The notes beneath the pieces were generated by a model that did no database searches, was not told the origin of the DNA, and saw only the letters and a list, made by a program, of their open reading frames with translations. 24,061 bases of DNA from Bryobacteraceae bacterium (lineage in GTDB: Bacteria; Acidobacteriota; Terriglobia; Bryobacterales; Bryobacteraceae), in assembly GCA_035714225.1 (NCBI GenBank), contig DASTMK010000175.1, positions 1-24,061 on the forward strand, read 5' to 3'. The translations under genes were made by a program, and so were the position numbers. Shown here piece after piece: positions 1-8,142 of the stretch; within the stretch, counting starts at the first letter, position 1, and the number at the start of each line of letters is the position of its first letter.

Positions 1-638
1 ACGAGCGAAACAAAATTCATCCGGGATGTTCCGGCGATTCTGTAACCGCGCGGAATCGGGATCATGGTAAACGGCAGGTTCGAACGAAACACCGCAGCGG
101 CGTAATGGTTCCACATTTCCGGCACCACGACGAGCGTGCTAAGGTACTTCGCCGGGAGAATACTGAAATTACCTACTCGAACGCTGAGGCCCGTCAAAGC
201 GCGATGGAGAATTTTGTACACAGCGTACAGGAATCGAAAGACGATGGGCTCTGTCCGGCGGCTTCGTTCAGCGAAGATGGCGTGAACGCCCTCTCCCGCA
301 ACGAATTCCGTGATGAGCTGTAAGGCGCCATCCGGTGTGTCCTCTCCGTCGGCATCCATGATCAGCACTGCGTCGCAGGACGCAGTCCGTTCGATGTGTG
401 CAAGCCCAATTGCGATGGCTCTTTGATGGCCGAGATTGCGGCGCAGGCGGAGCGTCCGGATGATTTTGACGCTCATGAAGTCATGCTGGAAATCCGCCGG
501 ACGGCACGCCTCGGTCGAACCGTCATCCACAAGCAGGATCTCGAGATGGCACAAACTCGAGGGGATCGTGCGATCAAGGTGCCGGATCAGTTCCCCCGCA
601 GAGAGCCAGTCGTCGCGCAGAGGCATTACTACGGTCAC
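1..638 (-). CDS. GT2 family glycosyltransferase (polyprenyl-phosphate / dolichyl-phosphate beta-glycosyltransferase-like, GtrB/ArnC/DPM1 type), 3' end truncated by the window start
   Basis: The minus-strand reading frame is open from about 683 down to position 1. It is absent from the ORF track because the stop lies outside the window. Translation reads VTVVMPLRDD...LEILLVDDGS...RRNLGHQRAIAIGL...VLIMDADGED...FAERSRRTEPIVFRF...RGYRIAGTSRMNF. That is the canonical GT2 fold, with a DxD-type DAD motif, the RNxG...AxxxGL motif and a C-terminal RxxGxS motif. The start is GTG at 638 or ATG at 626; an alternative GTG lies near 683. Confidence 0.8.
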   Translation of the reverse strand, partial: MTVVMPLRDDWLSAGELIRHLDRTIPSSLCHLEILLVDDGSTEACRPADFQHDFMSVKIIRTLRLRRNLGHQRAIAIGLAHIERTASCDAVLIMDADGEDTPDGALQLITEFVAGEGVHAIFAERSRRTEPIVFRFLYAVYKILHRALTGLSVRVGNFSILPAKYLSTLVVVPEMWNHYAAAVFRSNLPFTMIPIPRGYRIAGTSRMNFVSL

Positions 639-756
639 ATGCAACAGAGAATTCGCCAGGAAACGAGGCTTGCCGGCTTCCACCACTCACGATCAAGGTA
701 TCATGCCGTGCGGTGGTGCTGAGTGCCGGCACTCCGGGCGCGGCGACGCGGCAGAC

Positions 757-777
757 GGTGTGGCGCGACGCCACACC
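757..777 (-). terminator. Perfect 9-bp inverted repeat GGTGTGGCG-cga-CGCCACACC, 15 nt downstream of the stop of the 792..2336 gene; possible GC-rich hairpin terminator or attenuator, with no U-tract
   Basis: The palindrome is read directly from the sequence. It sits in the roughly 150-nt spacer between two minus-strand genes. There is no T-run on either strand, so intrinsic-terminator status is weak. Confidence 0.2.
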
Positions 778-791
778 GCACCGCTTGGAGC

Positions 792-2336
792 TTACTTCGA
801 TACCAACTGCCCGAATTCGGCCAGCAACTCATATTTGTTCAGCCAGGTCGTATACATGATGCCCTGGGCGTTGGGCGTCTTTCTCAATTCTTCGAGCCAG
901 CCGCGCGGGTTATCGAGCGTGTCGGCGTCGTAGTAGGCGCCGGCTATCGTCCGGAAACCCAGCTTGGAGAAGAATGGCAGGCTCAGCGCTCGCCGTTGGT
1001 AGTACCACGCCACGATGCCGAGCTCGCGCGGGACGTGGTTCCAGGAACCCGTGTAATCGCCATTCACCAGGTAGTATTTGTCGCGCGCATTGTGGTTGGG
1101 GTCGAGCATGTCGGACCAGATCCAGACGTCGACCTTCGGGTTGACCTCGCGGAGCATCTGGAACTGCCGGGTGACGCATTCGCCGAAGAGTTGTGCGATG
1201 TCGCGTCCCCGGCAGGCAGCGCAGGTACCGCCTGAGCGCATCTCGTCCATGCTTAGCACGTAGCGGGGCGGCGCAGCGGCGGCATGCATGCGGCGGGCCA
1301 TGTCGCGCCAGATTTCGTAAGTCTTCGGTTCGCCCATGCAGATGGTGGTCTGGCCATCGTTGATCGAGAAGCCGTGATAATAGCTGACCCGCAGTTTCTG
1401 TCCCTCGCGGATACGGCTGCCGGGCAAGAGGCGAATGGGCGGGCCGTCGTGATCAAAACGAAAGTTCAGTTGCGGATCGACAATCCGGTCGTAGTCGCGG
1501 CCTTCCTCGTAAACGGTGTCGCTTTCGTCCGCGCGCACCACGACAGGAGTGCCCGGACGGCGGAGGACGTTCAGAAGCCCGACCTCCTCGACGTGCACGC
1601 GATCGACCCATGCATTGCCGGGGGTGTTGTCGCGGATGCCGATCGAGATAGTTACCTTGTCGTAGCCCTGAGTGTTGAATCCCCAGCGCGCCTCGCGCCA
1701 GTCCGTGCTCGAGGGAATTCTGGCATTCCAGGGCGTGAGGTTGCGGCCGTCCGCCGTCTGGACGGTGAGCCGGAACGACCCGGTCGTGAATGCTCGTGTC
1801 TGGGGAAGCCCTTCGGTCTTGGCGCGGAAGGTCACGCGGTAACAACGGTAGGGTTTGACAGTTACTTCACGGGTCCACATCTGCTCGACCGCCGGTCCGT
1901 TGTAGTCGAGCACGACCTCCGGAACCAGGTGCGCCTGGCCTTCCTTGGCGGTGTAGAGGAGATCGCGGACCTCGAAGCCTTCAGCGAGGTTGCGGTCGTG
2001 CGCGAGGATGGCGCCGCCATATCCGCCCGAGAAGATGTTCGGGATCATCTCGAGGCGGTTCTGTTTGAGAATGTCCTTCACAGCCTCCAGCCGCGTCATG
2101 TAGTCAGGCCCTTTCAGGTCGATCGAATCGAGCCCAATGGCCAGGAGAACGCCAGTGAGGCCGTTCTCGGATGCGACGCGCGCGAGCCGCCGGATCTTCT
2201 CTACGTCCTCGTCGGTCCGCAACTGAGAGGAGATGCGCACCCAACGATGGGGAAACACAGTGTTCTGAGCGGAGATCAGTCCGCACAGGGCAATGAGGCT
2301 GAGTACAGCCGTGATGATGATGACGATACGACGCAT
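792..2336 (-). CDS. Secreted glycoside-hydrolase-like protein: N-terminal signal peptide, TIM-barrel-like halves interrupted by a beta-sandwich (CBM-like) insert; possibly GH20-like or DUF4838-like
   Basis: A 514-aa ORF starts at an ATG and has an N-terminal signal peptide, MRRIVIIITAVLSLIALCGLISAQ. The central region YRVTFRAKTEGL...FRLTVQTADGRNLTPWNARIPSSTDW...VTISIGI is beta-rich and sandwich-like. The C-terminal part carries SMDEMRSGGTCAAC and WIWSDMLDP, reminiscent of the GGDE acid pair region of GH20-like enzymes. Family assignment is tentative. Confidence 0.55.
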   Translation of the reverse strand: MRRIVIIITAVLSLIALCGLISAQNTVFPHRWVRISSQLRTDEDVEKIRRLARVASENGLTGVLLAIGLDSIDLKGPDYMTRLEAVKDILKQNRLEMIPNIFSGGYGGAILAHDRNLAEGFEVRDLLYTAKEGQAHLVPEVVLDYNGPAVEQMWTREVTVKPYRCYRVTFRAKTEGLPQTRAFTTGSFRLTVQTADGRNLTPWNARIPSSTDWREARWGFNTQGYDKVTISIGIRDNTPGNAWVDRVHVEEVGLLNVLRRPGTPVVVRADESDTVYEEGRDYDRIVDPQLNFRFDHDGPPIRLLPGSRIREGQKLRVSYYHGFSINDGQTTICMGEPKTYEIWRDMARRMHAAAAPPRYVLSMDEMRSGGTCAACRGRDIAQLFGECVTRQFQMLREVNPKVDVWIWSDMLDPNHNARDKYYLVNGDYTGSWNHVPRELGIVAWYYQRRALSLPFFSKLGFRTIAGAYYDADTLDNPRGWLEELRKTPNAQGIMYTTWLNKYELLAEFGQLVSK

Positions 2337-2367
2337 GCGTAAATTATATGGCGGAAAGCGGCGCCTG

Positions 2368-3099
2368 CTACTTCACACCCAGAAATACTTCGTATGTGCC
2401 CGGCTCAACATCCGGAATCGCCAGCGGCATGTTACGCGGCTGAAATCCGGCTTCGGTGAGAAGCTGTAACCATTCATTGCGCCCGAACAAGCCCTCCACG
2501 TGACGGTCGTGTTCAACGCGCACGTCTCCATCCTTGTCCCGGAGCAGGTACGCAAAGTCAACCAAATAAGTGCTGTCAGTGGGGTCCGGATCCCAGGTCC
2601 ATTCCAGGTACCGCAGTCCGCGATCCTCTCCATCGCAGCCGCCATGGTCAGTATAAGATCGAAACGTCTCCTGGACATGATCCGGAGCGAAAAGGGCGGC
2701 TCCTCCCGGCCGGCAGTGCAAAAACGCGGTCTCGATAGCTTTTCGCAGATCGGAGATCGTCGTCATGTACACGATGGCATCGTGGATGAACACCCTGTCG
2801 AACTGGCGTTCGAGCCGAACGGCTCTCATGTCGCCCTGAATGTGCTCGCACTCCGGGTTTAAGTCCCGGCTCACGGACAGCATACCGGGAGACAGGTCGA
2901 CAAGCGTCATGTGGAAATGCTTCTTCATGTACGACGCGTTGTTCCCTCCGCCGCTTCCCAGTTCGAGCAACGTATGAGCAGGTTCACTCCCGGCCGCAAT
3001 AAGCTCGCGGGCGTAAAACTCCGCCTCGTCGGCATAGTCGCTAGGAGGTGACAACAGTGCCCACCAGGACGAAAGCTGGTCATACAACTTCGGCAGCAT
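2368..3099 (-). CDS. Class I SAM-dependent methyltransferase
   Basis: A 243-aa ORF with ATG start and TAG stop. It carries methyltransferase motif I, LLELGSGGGNNA, and a post-I acidic residue in MTLVDLSPGM. The C-terminal region is typical of small-molecule methyltransferases. A 31-nt gap separates it from the downstream gene. Confidence 0.8.
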   Translation of the reverse strand: MLPKLYDQLSSWWALLSPPSDYADEAEFYARELIAAGSEPAHTLLELGSGGGNNASYMKKHFHMTLVDLSPGMLSVSRDLNPECEHIQGDMRAVRLERQFDRVFIHDAIVYMTTISDLRKAIETAFLHCRPGGAALFAPDHVQETFRSYTDHGGCDGEDRGLRYLEWTWDPDPTDSTYLVDFAYLLRDKDGDVRVEHDRHVEGLFGRNEWLQLLTEAGFQPRNMPLAIPDVEPGTYEVFLGVK

Positions 3100-3128
3100 T
3101 GGTATTTCCCTGCTGGAATTAAGCCTGC

Positions 3129-4184
3129 TTACCGCCGTCTCTTCCCGGCTGGAGCGGGCGCCAGCGTCTTCTCGATCGCCGCCAATGCAAGCGGCGCCAT
3201 CACCCGATATCCGGCGCTGTTCGGATGCAGCCCGTCGTCGGCCAGCTCGCGTTGCAGAAATCCGGAGGCATCGACCATCGCCGAATAGTAATCGAGATAC
3301 GCAATGTGCTTATCGGAGGCGTATCGCTCCATCCACGTATTCAATGTGCGAATCAGCTCTGGACTCCGGCGCGGGCTCTGCTCAAACTGCGGGTTCACGC
3401 CCTTGTTGTAATCGTGGATCGGCAACACCGAGGCCAGTATCGGTTTGATGTTGTTGGCCAGGGCCAGGTCCACCATCATCGAAAGGTTGTTCTGGATCAC
3501 ATTCACGCGTACCCCGCGCGCCAGGTCGTTCGTCCCCGCGAGAATCAGGACCGCGGCCGGTTTCAGATCGATGACGTCGGCTTTGAAGCGGCCCAGCATT
3601 TCACCCGTGATCTGTCCGCTGATGCCGCGGTTCACGAAGTCCCGCCCCTGAAAATACTGGTTCAGCCGCCAGCCGTCGGTGATCGAATCTCCGAGAAACA
3701 CGACTCTCGAATTCGCCTGCGGCGCCGGCAGATTGCCGTTCGCCTCGGCATAGCGCATCAGGTTATCGCGGTCAGGATTTCGCAACTGCCTCTCTTTCTG
3801 TTCGAGCAACGCCCGGAAATGCGCTTCAATGCGGCCAGAGGCCTCGCGAAGCTCCACCAACTGCTTGCCGGTGGTCTCCTGAAGCGGAAAGGGCTTCGGC
3901 ACGGCGTCGGAAAGCACCAGGAAGGCTTTCACGTTTGAAAGAAAGGTATAGGCATAGCCGGCGTGAGACATCCCCGGGCTGCTCCGCAAGTTCGTGAGCG
4001 CCTGCTTCGCGTTTTCCGCTACGGGCGCGCCTGCGCGTGCCAACTCCGGTATCGCGACGCCCGTGGCCTCCATCAACTGGGTCACGCGTTCACAAAGCTT
4101 CACCGCGTCGCGGGAGGGCAGCAACGCATCGGTCTGTGCGAACAACAGGAGAAACGGCGTAATCCATAGTGCAATTCTGCTCAA
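3129..4184 (-). CDS. Secreted SGNH/GDSL-family hydrolase (lipase/esterase) with a roughly 170-aa N-terminal helical extension
   Basis: A 351-aa ORF. It has the GDSITDGW motif (block I Ser), block III GTND and block V DGLHPN, preceded by signal peptide MSRIALWITPFLLLFAQTDA. Its TTG start at 4184 overlaps the TGA stop of the upstream gene (TTGA). The next in-frame Met would delete the signal peptide. Confidence 0.8.
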   Translation of the reverse strand: MSRIALWITPFLLLFAQTDALLPSRDAVKLCERVTQLMEATGVAIPELARAGAPVAENAKQALTNLRSSPGMSHAGYAYTFLSNVKAFLVLSDAVPKPFPLQETTGKQLVELREASGRIEAHFRALLEQKERQLRNPDRDNLMRYAEANGNLPAPQANSRVVFLGDSITDGWRLNQYFQGRDFVNRGISGQITGEMLGRFKADVIDLKPAAVLILAGTNDLARGVRVNVIQNNLSMMVDLALANNIKPILASVLPIHDYNKGVNPQFEQSPRRSPELIRTLNTWMERYASDKHIAYLDYYSAMVDASGFLQRELADDGLHPNSAGYRVMAPLALAAIEKTLAPAPAGKRRR

Positions 4185-4987
4185 GCGGACTCCTCTTTTT
4201 CCAATTGCAGCGTAACGGTACCGACAGTGAATCCCAGGCGGATGCGGATCTGCACCGGCATCCTCCGCTCGTCATCCGTCAGCCACACAAACAGCCTTCC
4301 CTTCTTCGAGTACAAAACCCCGTTGTAGAGAAAGGCTTCATAGCGAATAGTCTTGTAGGAACCGGCGGGCGTCTGGATCGTTTCCTTCTCCTGCGCCTCC
4401 ACCTTCGCCTGGACAAACTTCTTTCCGTCGCTGATCGGAAACTGCATCGAGGCCGGCGGGTCGAAGTCCTTGGCCCGTAGCGCGGCAAGCGCACCGACGA
4501 CGTCATGGACGCAATCGGGAATCGCGACTTCGTTTTGTCTTACTGCCGCGTCCTTGATCAGGTCCCACTCCAGATAGTAGGCCTTCTTGTTGATCCGGTC
4601 GTAGGTGACTTTGGTCTCCCGCTGCCGCCGGCCTTCGTTGGCCTTCAACAGGCTGCTGGTGGCGCAAAGGGATTCCGTCAACATCACGCGATAGTGGTCT
4701 TCCACCTTGTACAGTTTTGAAACGAGGCCGGTCGATTCCAGTTGCAGATCCACTTGCCAGCCGGGCTCGCCGCCGGTCTTCGTGGGGGTCCAGCTCAGGC
4801 GCGCGCGTCCTGCTTCGATGAGACGCCACTCGACGGAATAGTGCAGCGTCTCGCCGCCGTTGGAAATTTTCTGGCGGTCAACGGATGACTCCGCTCGCTC
4901 CGGCTTCGCTTGAAACGAATAGGTCGGAAGACACAACGCAAGCACCAGCGGCGCCGCGATGCGCCTTGAAAACACGCGGCAAAGCAT
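4181..4987 (-). CDS. DUF3108-like secreted protein of unknown function
   Basis: The ORF track calls the start at 5005 (TTG). The ATG at 4987 gives MLCRVFSRRIAAPLVLALCLPTYSFQA, a good signal peptide. The rest is a beta-rich domain resembling DUF3108. The stop overlaps the SGNH start. Confidence 0.55.
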   Translation of the reverse strand: MLCRVFSRRIAAPLVLALCLPTYSFQAKPERAESSVDRQKISNGGETLHYSVEWRLIEAGRARLSWTPTKTGGEPGWQVDLQLESTGLVSKLYKVEDHYRVMLTESLCATSSLLKANEGRRQRETKVTYDRINKKAYYLEWDLIKDAAVRQNEVAIPDCVHDVVGALAALRAKDFDPPASMQFPISDGKKFVQAKVEAQEKETIQTPAGSYKTIRYEAFLYNGVLYSKKGRLFVWLTDDERRMPVQIRIRLGFTVGTVTLQLEKEESA

Positions 4988-5038
4988 GAAACTTGAGTTT
5001 GGCAAAGCCCCGGTTATTCCGCAACCAGCGCCCCGTCC

Positions 5039-5941
5039 TCACCCAAATGCCATACGCGGGTTGTCCCACATCAGCGTTCGCCGCCAGGAGTCTTTGAGGC
5101 GCGGCAGAAAATCCGTGTAGAGATACGTATAGCCCCGGTAATTTCCGCCTCCCGGCTCGCCCACGTGATACCAGCCCGCATCCTGAGAAATCAAAGTGCG
5201 CGACAGCAGATTTCTTTCCGCCATGTATCGAACACACTCCAGGTGCCAGTCCGCTGACTTGGGACCGATGCCGTCGAACTCCACCCAGAAGCCTTCACGA
5301 GCCATCTTTTCGTGGAACGAGTGGTCCTTCTCGCTTTGGGCGTGCACCCAGACGAAGCGCGATGCCGGGACCTTCTCCGCAAGCACGATCTCCGCCTGCT
5401 CCATCGCCGCGATGCCGTTGCCCGTATGAGAGGCGATGGTCAGCCCGGTCTCGCGCGATGTAATCGCCGCAGCGCGCACCAGCTTCCGGTCGAGTTCCGC
5501 CAGTGGTCCGTGGTTCACTCCGGTCTTGATGAATCGCGGCTTTACGCCTTCAATCCCGTTGTGCCATTCGGCAATCCAGCGGCTCGCGAGTTGCTCGGCG
5601 GATTCCCTTCGCGCATAATCGGGAACAAACTTGTGGTTTGCGGCGCCGTAGATTCCGATGTTGGTCCAGATCTCGACGCCGGTGGCTTCTTGCAATCTCG
5701 CCAGTAATACTGCATCACGGCCGATGTAGGCGGGCGTACATTCCTGGAGCCGCCTGCACCCGAGGCGTTTCACCTCTTCGAGTTTTGGCTTCGCCGTGCG
5801 AAAGACCTCATCCGCATCGTAGCGGCCAGGACTGATCTTCTCGGCTCCGATAAAGTCCACCATCACGTGCTCATGCACGAGAATGGAATCAGGCGCTGCG
5901 CCGGCCGCCGCGCACGATAGCAGGAATTCCCGCCGGCGCAT
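5039..5941 (-). CDS. Phosphotriesterase-family (PTE/PHP, amidohydrolase superfamily) metal-dependent hydrolase with a twin-arginine (Tat) signal
   Basis: The track calls 414 aa from 6283, but the first 114 aa are R/G-rich low complexity and overlap the flotillin gene by 342 nt. The internal ATG at 5941 gives MRRREFLLSCAAAGAAP, an RRxFL Tat motif. It overlaps the flotillin TGA by 1 nt (TGATG). PTE metal-ligand positions are recognisable: ILVHEHV (His-x-His), FIKTG (carboxylated Lys), IASHTG, VWVHAQ and LISQDAGW (Asp). Confidence 0.8.
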   Translation of the reverse strand: MRRREFLLSCAAAGAAPDSILVHEHVMVDFIGAEKISPGRYDADEVFRTAKPKLEEVKRLGCRRLQECTPAYIGRDAVLLARLQEATGVEIWTNIGIYGAANHKFVPDYARRESAEQLASRWIAEWHNGIEGVKPRFIKTGVNHGPLAELDRKLVRAAAITSRETGLTIASHTGNGIAAMEQAEIVLAEKVPASRFVWVHAQSEKDHSFHEKMAREGFWVEFDGIGPKSADWHLECVRYMAERNLLSRTLISQDAGWYHVGEPGGGNYRGYTYLYTDFLPRLKDSWRRTLMWDNPRMAFG

Positions 5942-7518
5942 CAATCCACCTTCACCGCCCCGTCTCCAACTCCGGCGGCAGTGGCTTTCCTGCCGTCCGC
6001 GGACTCCGAAATCCCGAGCTGATTCAATACCGCTGGGACATTCAAGCCCAGTGCTTCGAGCTGCTGAAGTAATCCAAATACGACAGCGGGACCGGCCTTT
6101 GCCAAGCGCGAGATGCCGCTGTTCGCCTCCGAGGCGCCATTGCCCTGGTCGATGACCACCAGTTTGTCGATGTTGCCGAGCGGCGCCGCCACCGAACTGA
6201 AGATGCCGGTGGAAGCTTGAAGAATCGCCGGCAGTTTCTCGAGTATCGTCTGTAGGCGGGCGGCTTCGTTGAATTGCTTCCACGCTTCCGCTTTGCGCAG
6301 AATCGCGGCGGCTTCGGCAATACCTTGCGCCTCGATGGCCTTCGCCTGCGCCAGACCGATCGCCTCAATTTTCGCCGCTTCGGCCCGTCCCTCGGTTTCC
6401 AGGGCCGATGCACGCCCGGCGCCCTCTTTGCGCAGCTTTTCCTGTTCGGCCTCGGCCATCGCGATGAGGGCCGCCCGTCTTCCTTCCGCCTCGAGAATCG
6501 CCGCTGTCTTCGCACCCTCCGCCCGAACGACGGCAGCTTGCCTCTCCGCATCCGCCGGTTTGATGACGGTGGCCTCCAGTTCCTGTTGCTTCCGGAGCAC
6601 TTCCTGCTGCTGCACCGATATCATTTCCTGGGTGCGCGTGCGCTCCACTCTCACTTCTTCTGCAATAACCGCCTGTCTGGCCTTGGCGCTCGCCAATGGT
6701 CCCGATTGATCGGCCGAGGCCTTTTCGCGCTCCACTTCGGCTTGATACTGCGCCTGGCGAATCTGGAGATCGCGCTGCGCCTGTGCGATTTCGGCATCGG
6801 CGTTTAGTTTGGCCCTCTCGCCTTCCTGCAATGCGTGCGCCGACCGGATCTTCGCGTCGCGGGTTGCATCCGCCTCGCCAATAACAGCGTCGCGCTTCAC
6901 TTCTGCCGTACGCCGCTTGCCGAGAGCGTTCAGATATTCCTCTTCATCGCTCACTTCCTGAATGGTGAGGACATCGACGCCGAGACCCATCTTCTCCAGA
7001 TCCGCCGCCGCTTCGCTGGTCAGTTTCTGTGCAAAGCTCTGCCGGTCGCTGTTTACCTCTTCAACCGTGAGCGTGCCCAGAATCGACCGCAGGTGACCTT
7101 CCAACGTTTGAAAAATCACTCGCTGGATGTTGTCATGTGTCATGCCGAGGAAGCGTTCGGCGGCGGCGTGAAGCGACGTCTCATCGCTTCGTATCTTCAC
7201 GTTCGCCACCGCTTTCACCGACACGGGAACACCCTTCAGCGTGTAGGCGCGCTTGATTTCGAGCGGGATCGTAAGAACATTCAGGGAAAGATAGTCGACT
7301 TTCTCGAGCAGCGGGATGCGCAACGCTGCGCCGCCGCGGACCATTCGGTACCCCACGGTGCGGCCTTCAGCGAGTTTCCTTTTGCGCCCGCTCAGCACGG
7401 CGACCGTATTGGGCGGCACCTTCAGGTAATTGCGGCTGAAAAGAGCCGTGGCGATAAACAGAGCCAGCAGTACGAACAAGACAATCAATGGAATTAAAAG
7501 CCGGGATGCTTCGAACAT
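5941..7518 (-). CDS. Flotillin-like SPFH/band-7 domain protein (YqiK/FloT-like)
   Basis: A 525-aa ORF. It has an N-terminal TM helix, MFEASRLLIPLIVLFVLLALFIATALF, then an SPFH domain and a long Ala/Glu-rich coiled-coil (EA repeats) typical of flotillins. A strong Shine-Dalgarno AGGAAGG sits upstream, and a 12-nt gap separates it from NfeD. Confidence 0.88.
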   Translation of the reverse strand: MFEASRLLIPLIVLFVLLALFIATALFSRNYLKVPPNTVAVLSGRKRKLAEGRTVGYRMVRGGAALRIPLLEKVDYLSLNVLTIPLEIKRAYTLKGVPVSVKAVANVKIRSDETSLHAAAERFLGMTHDNIQRVIFQTLEGHLRSILGTLTVEEVNSDRQSFAQKLTSEAAADLEKMGLGVDVLTIQEVSDEEEYLNALGKRRTAEVKRDAVIGEADATRDAKIRSAHALQEGERAKLNADAEIAQAQRDLQIRQAQYQAEVEREKASADQSGPLASAKARQAVIAEEVRVERTRTQEMISVQQQEVLRKQQELEATVIKPADAERQAAVVRAEGAKTAAILEAEGRRAALIAMAEAEQEKLRKEGAGRASALETEGRAEAAKIEAIGLAQAKAIEAQGIAEAAAILRKAEAWKQFNEAARLQTILEKLPAILQASTGIFSSVAAPLGNIDKLVVIDQGNGASEANSGISRLAKAGPAVVFGLLQQLEALGLNVPAVLNQLGISESADGRKATAAGVGDGAVKVD

Positions 7519-7530
7519 GGAATCCTTCCT

Positions 7531-8070
7531 TTATTGCGGGCGAACGATGACGATTTCGCCCAGCGCCTCTTCTACCTTGACGATGCGGTTCTCAGGAATT
7601 GCGCCGCCGTCGAACGACTTGGCGACCTTATCTACGAGTTCCTCTCCGACGCGGCATCGCACCTGTCCGACGCCGCCGGAAGGAATGCTCACAATCACGC
7701 GCGCGTTCTGTCCGACGACATCGATTTGCCGCACATCCGTTGAAGCTTGCTGGCCATACAGGAACCTGGCGAACAGGAAGATGATGGACGCAAAAACCAC
7801 TCCGCTGACGAAACCGGCGCCCGATGCGTGGACAACGCCCACGCCGTAGTGGGACGCGACTGCGCCGGTCCCACCGAATGCGGTAACAAAGACACTTAAA
7901 ATTCTGGGGCTGAAAAAGCTCGGACCGTGGTCGAGGTCGTGATCGAAATCACTGCCAAGATGATCGAACACTTCACCGAATACCAGTGAGACCAGTAGAA
8001 ACAAAAACCCAACCGCTGCGATGCCGAGAAAAATCGAAAACGCAGAAAGCTGCGAGATGACTTCGGCCAT
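7531..8070 (-). CDS. NfeD-family membrane protein (short form, YqiJ/YuaF-like), partner of flotillin
   Basis: A 179-aa ORF with two N-terminal hydrophobic helices and a C-terminal OB-fold-like beta domain, VVGQNARVIVSIPSGGVGQVRCRVGEELVDKVAKS...VEEALGEIVIVRP. It lies immediately upstream of flotillin, as in yqiJK/yuaFG operons. A Shine-Dalgarno GGGAGA is present. Confidence 0.8.
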   Translation of the reverse strand: MAEVISQLSAFSIFLGIAAVGFLFLLVSLVFGEVFDHLGSDFDHDLDHGPSFFSPRILSVFVTAFGGTGAVASHYGVGVVHASGAGFVSGVVFASIIFLFARFLYGQQASTDVRQIDVVGQNARVIVSIPSGGVGQVRCRVGEELVDKVAKSFDGGAIPENRIVKVEEALGEIVIVRPQ

Positions 8071-8142
8071 AACTGGTTCTCCCTGATAGCAAAAGTCTAT
8101 AGGAGCGTTTTACTGAAGTCAAAACCGGATAAGATCACTGGA

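Noticed and set aside
396-933. 108-aa and 165-aa plus-strand ORFs at the window start
   Set aside because: They are antisense to the GT2 glycosyltransferase. The ORF track missed that gene because its stop lies outside the window.
1284-2342. 352-aa plus-strand ORF
   Set aside because: It is antisense to the signal-peptide-bearing 514-aa minus-strand gene. It has no motifs and a composition typical of a GC-rich shadow ORF.
3225-3938. 237-aa plus-strand ORF
   Set aside because: It is antisense to the SGNH hydrolase gene, whose GDSITDG and DGLHPN motifs are conserved.
5942-6283. 5' extension (114 aa) of the phosphotriesterase ORF
   Set aside because: It is low-complexity R/G-rich and overlaps the flotillin C-terminus by 342 nt. 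The internal ATG gives a Tat leader and a 1-nt stop-start overlap.
6042-6807. Multiple overlapping 146-177-aa ORFs in both orientations within the flotillin gene
   Set aside because: They are generated by the Ala/Glu-rich repetitive coiled-coil coding region of flotillin (GC-rich GCn/GAG repeats). They are not independent genes and not a nucleotide tandem repeat element.
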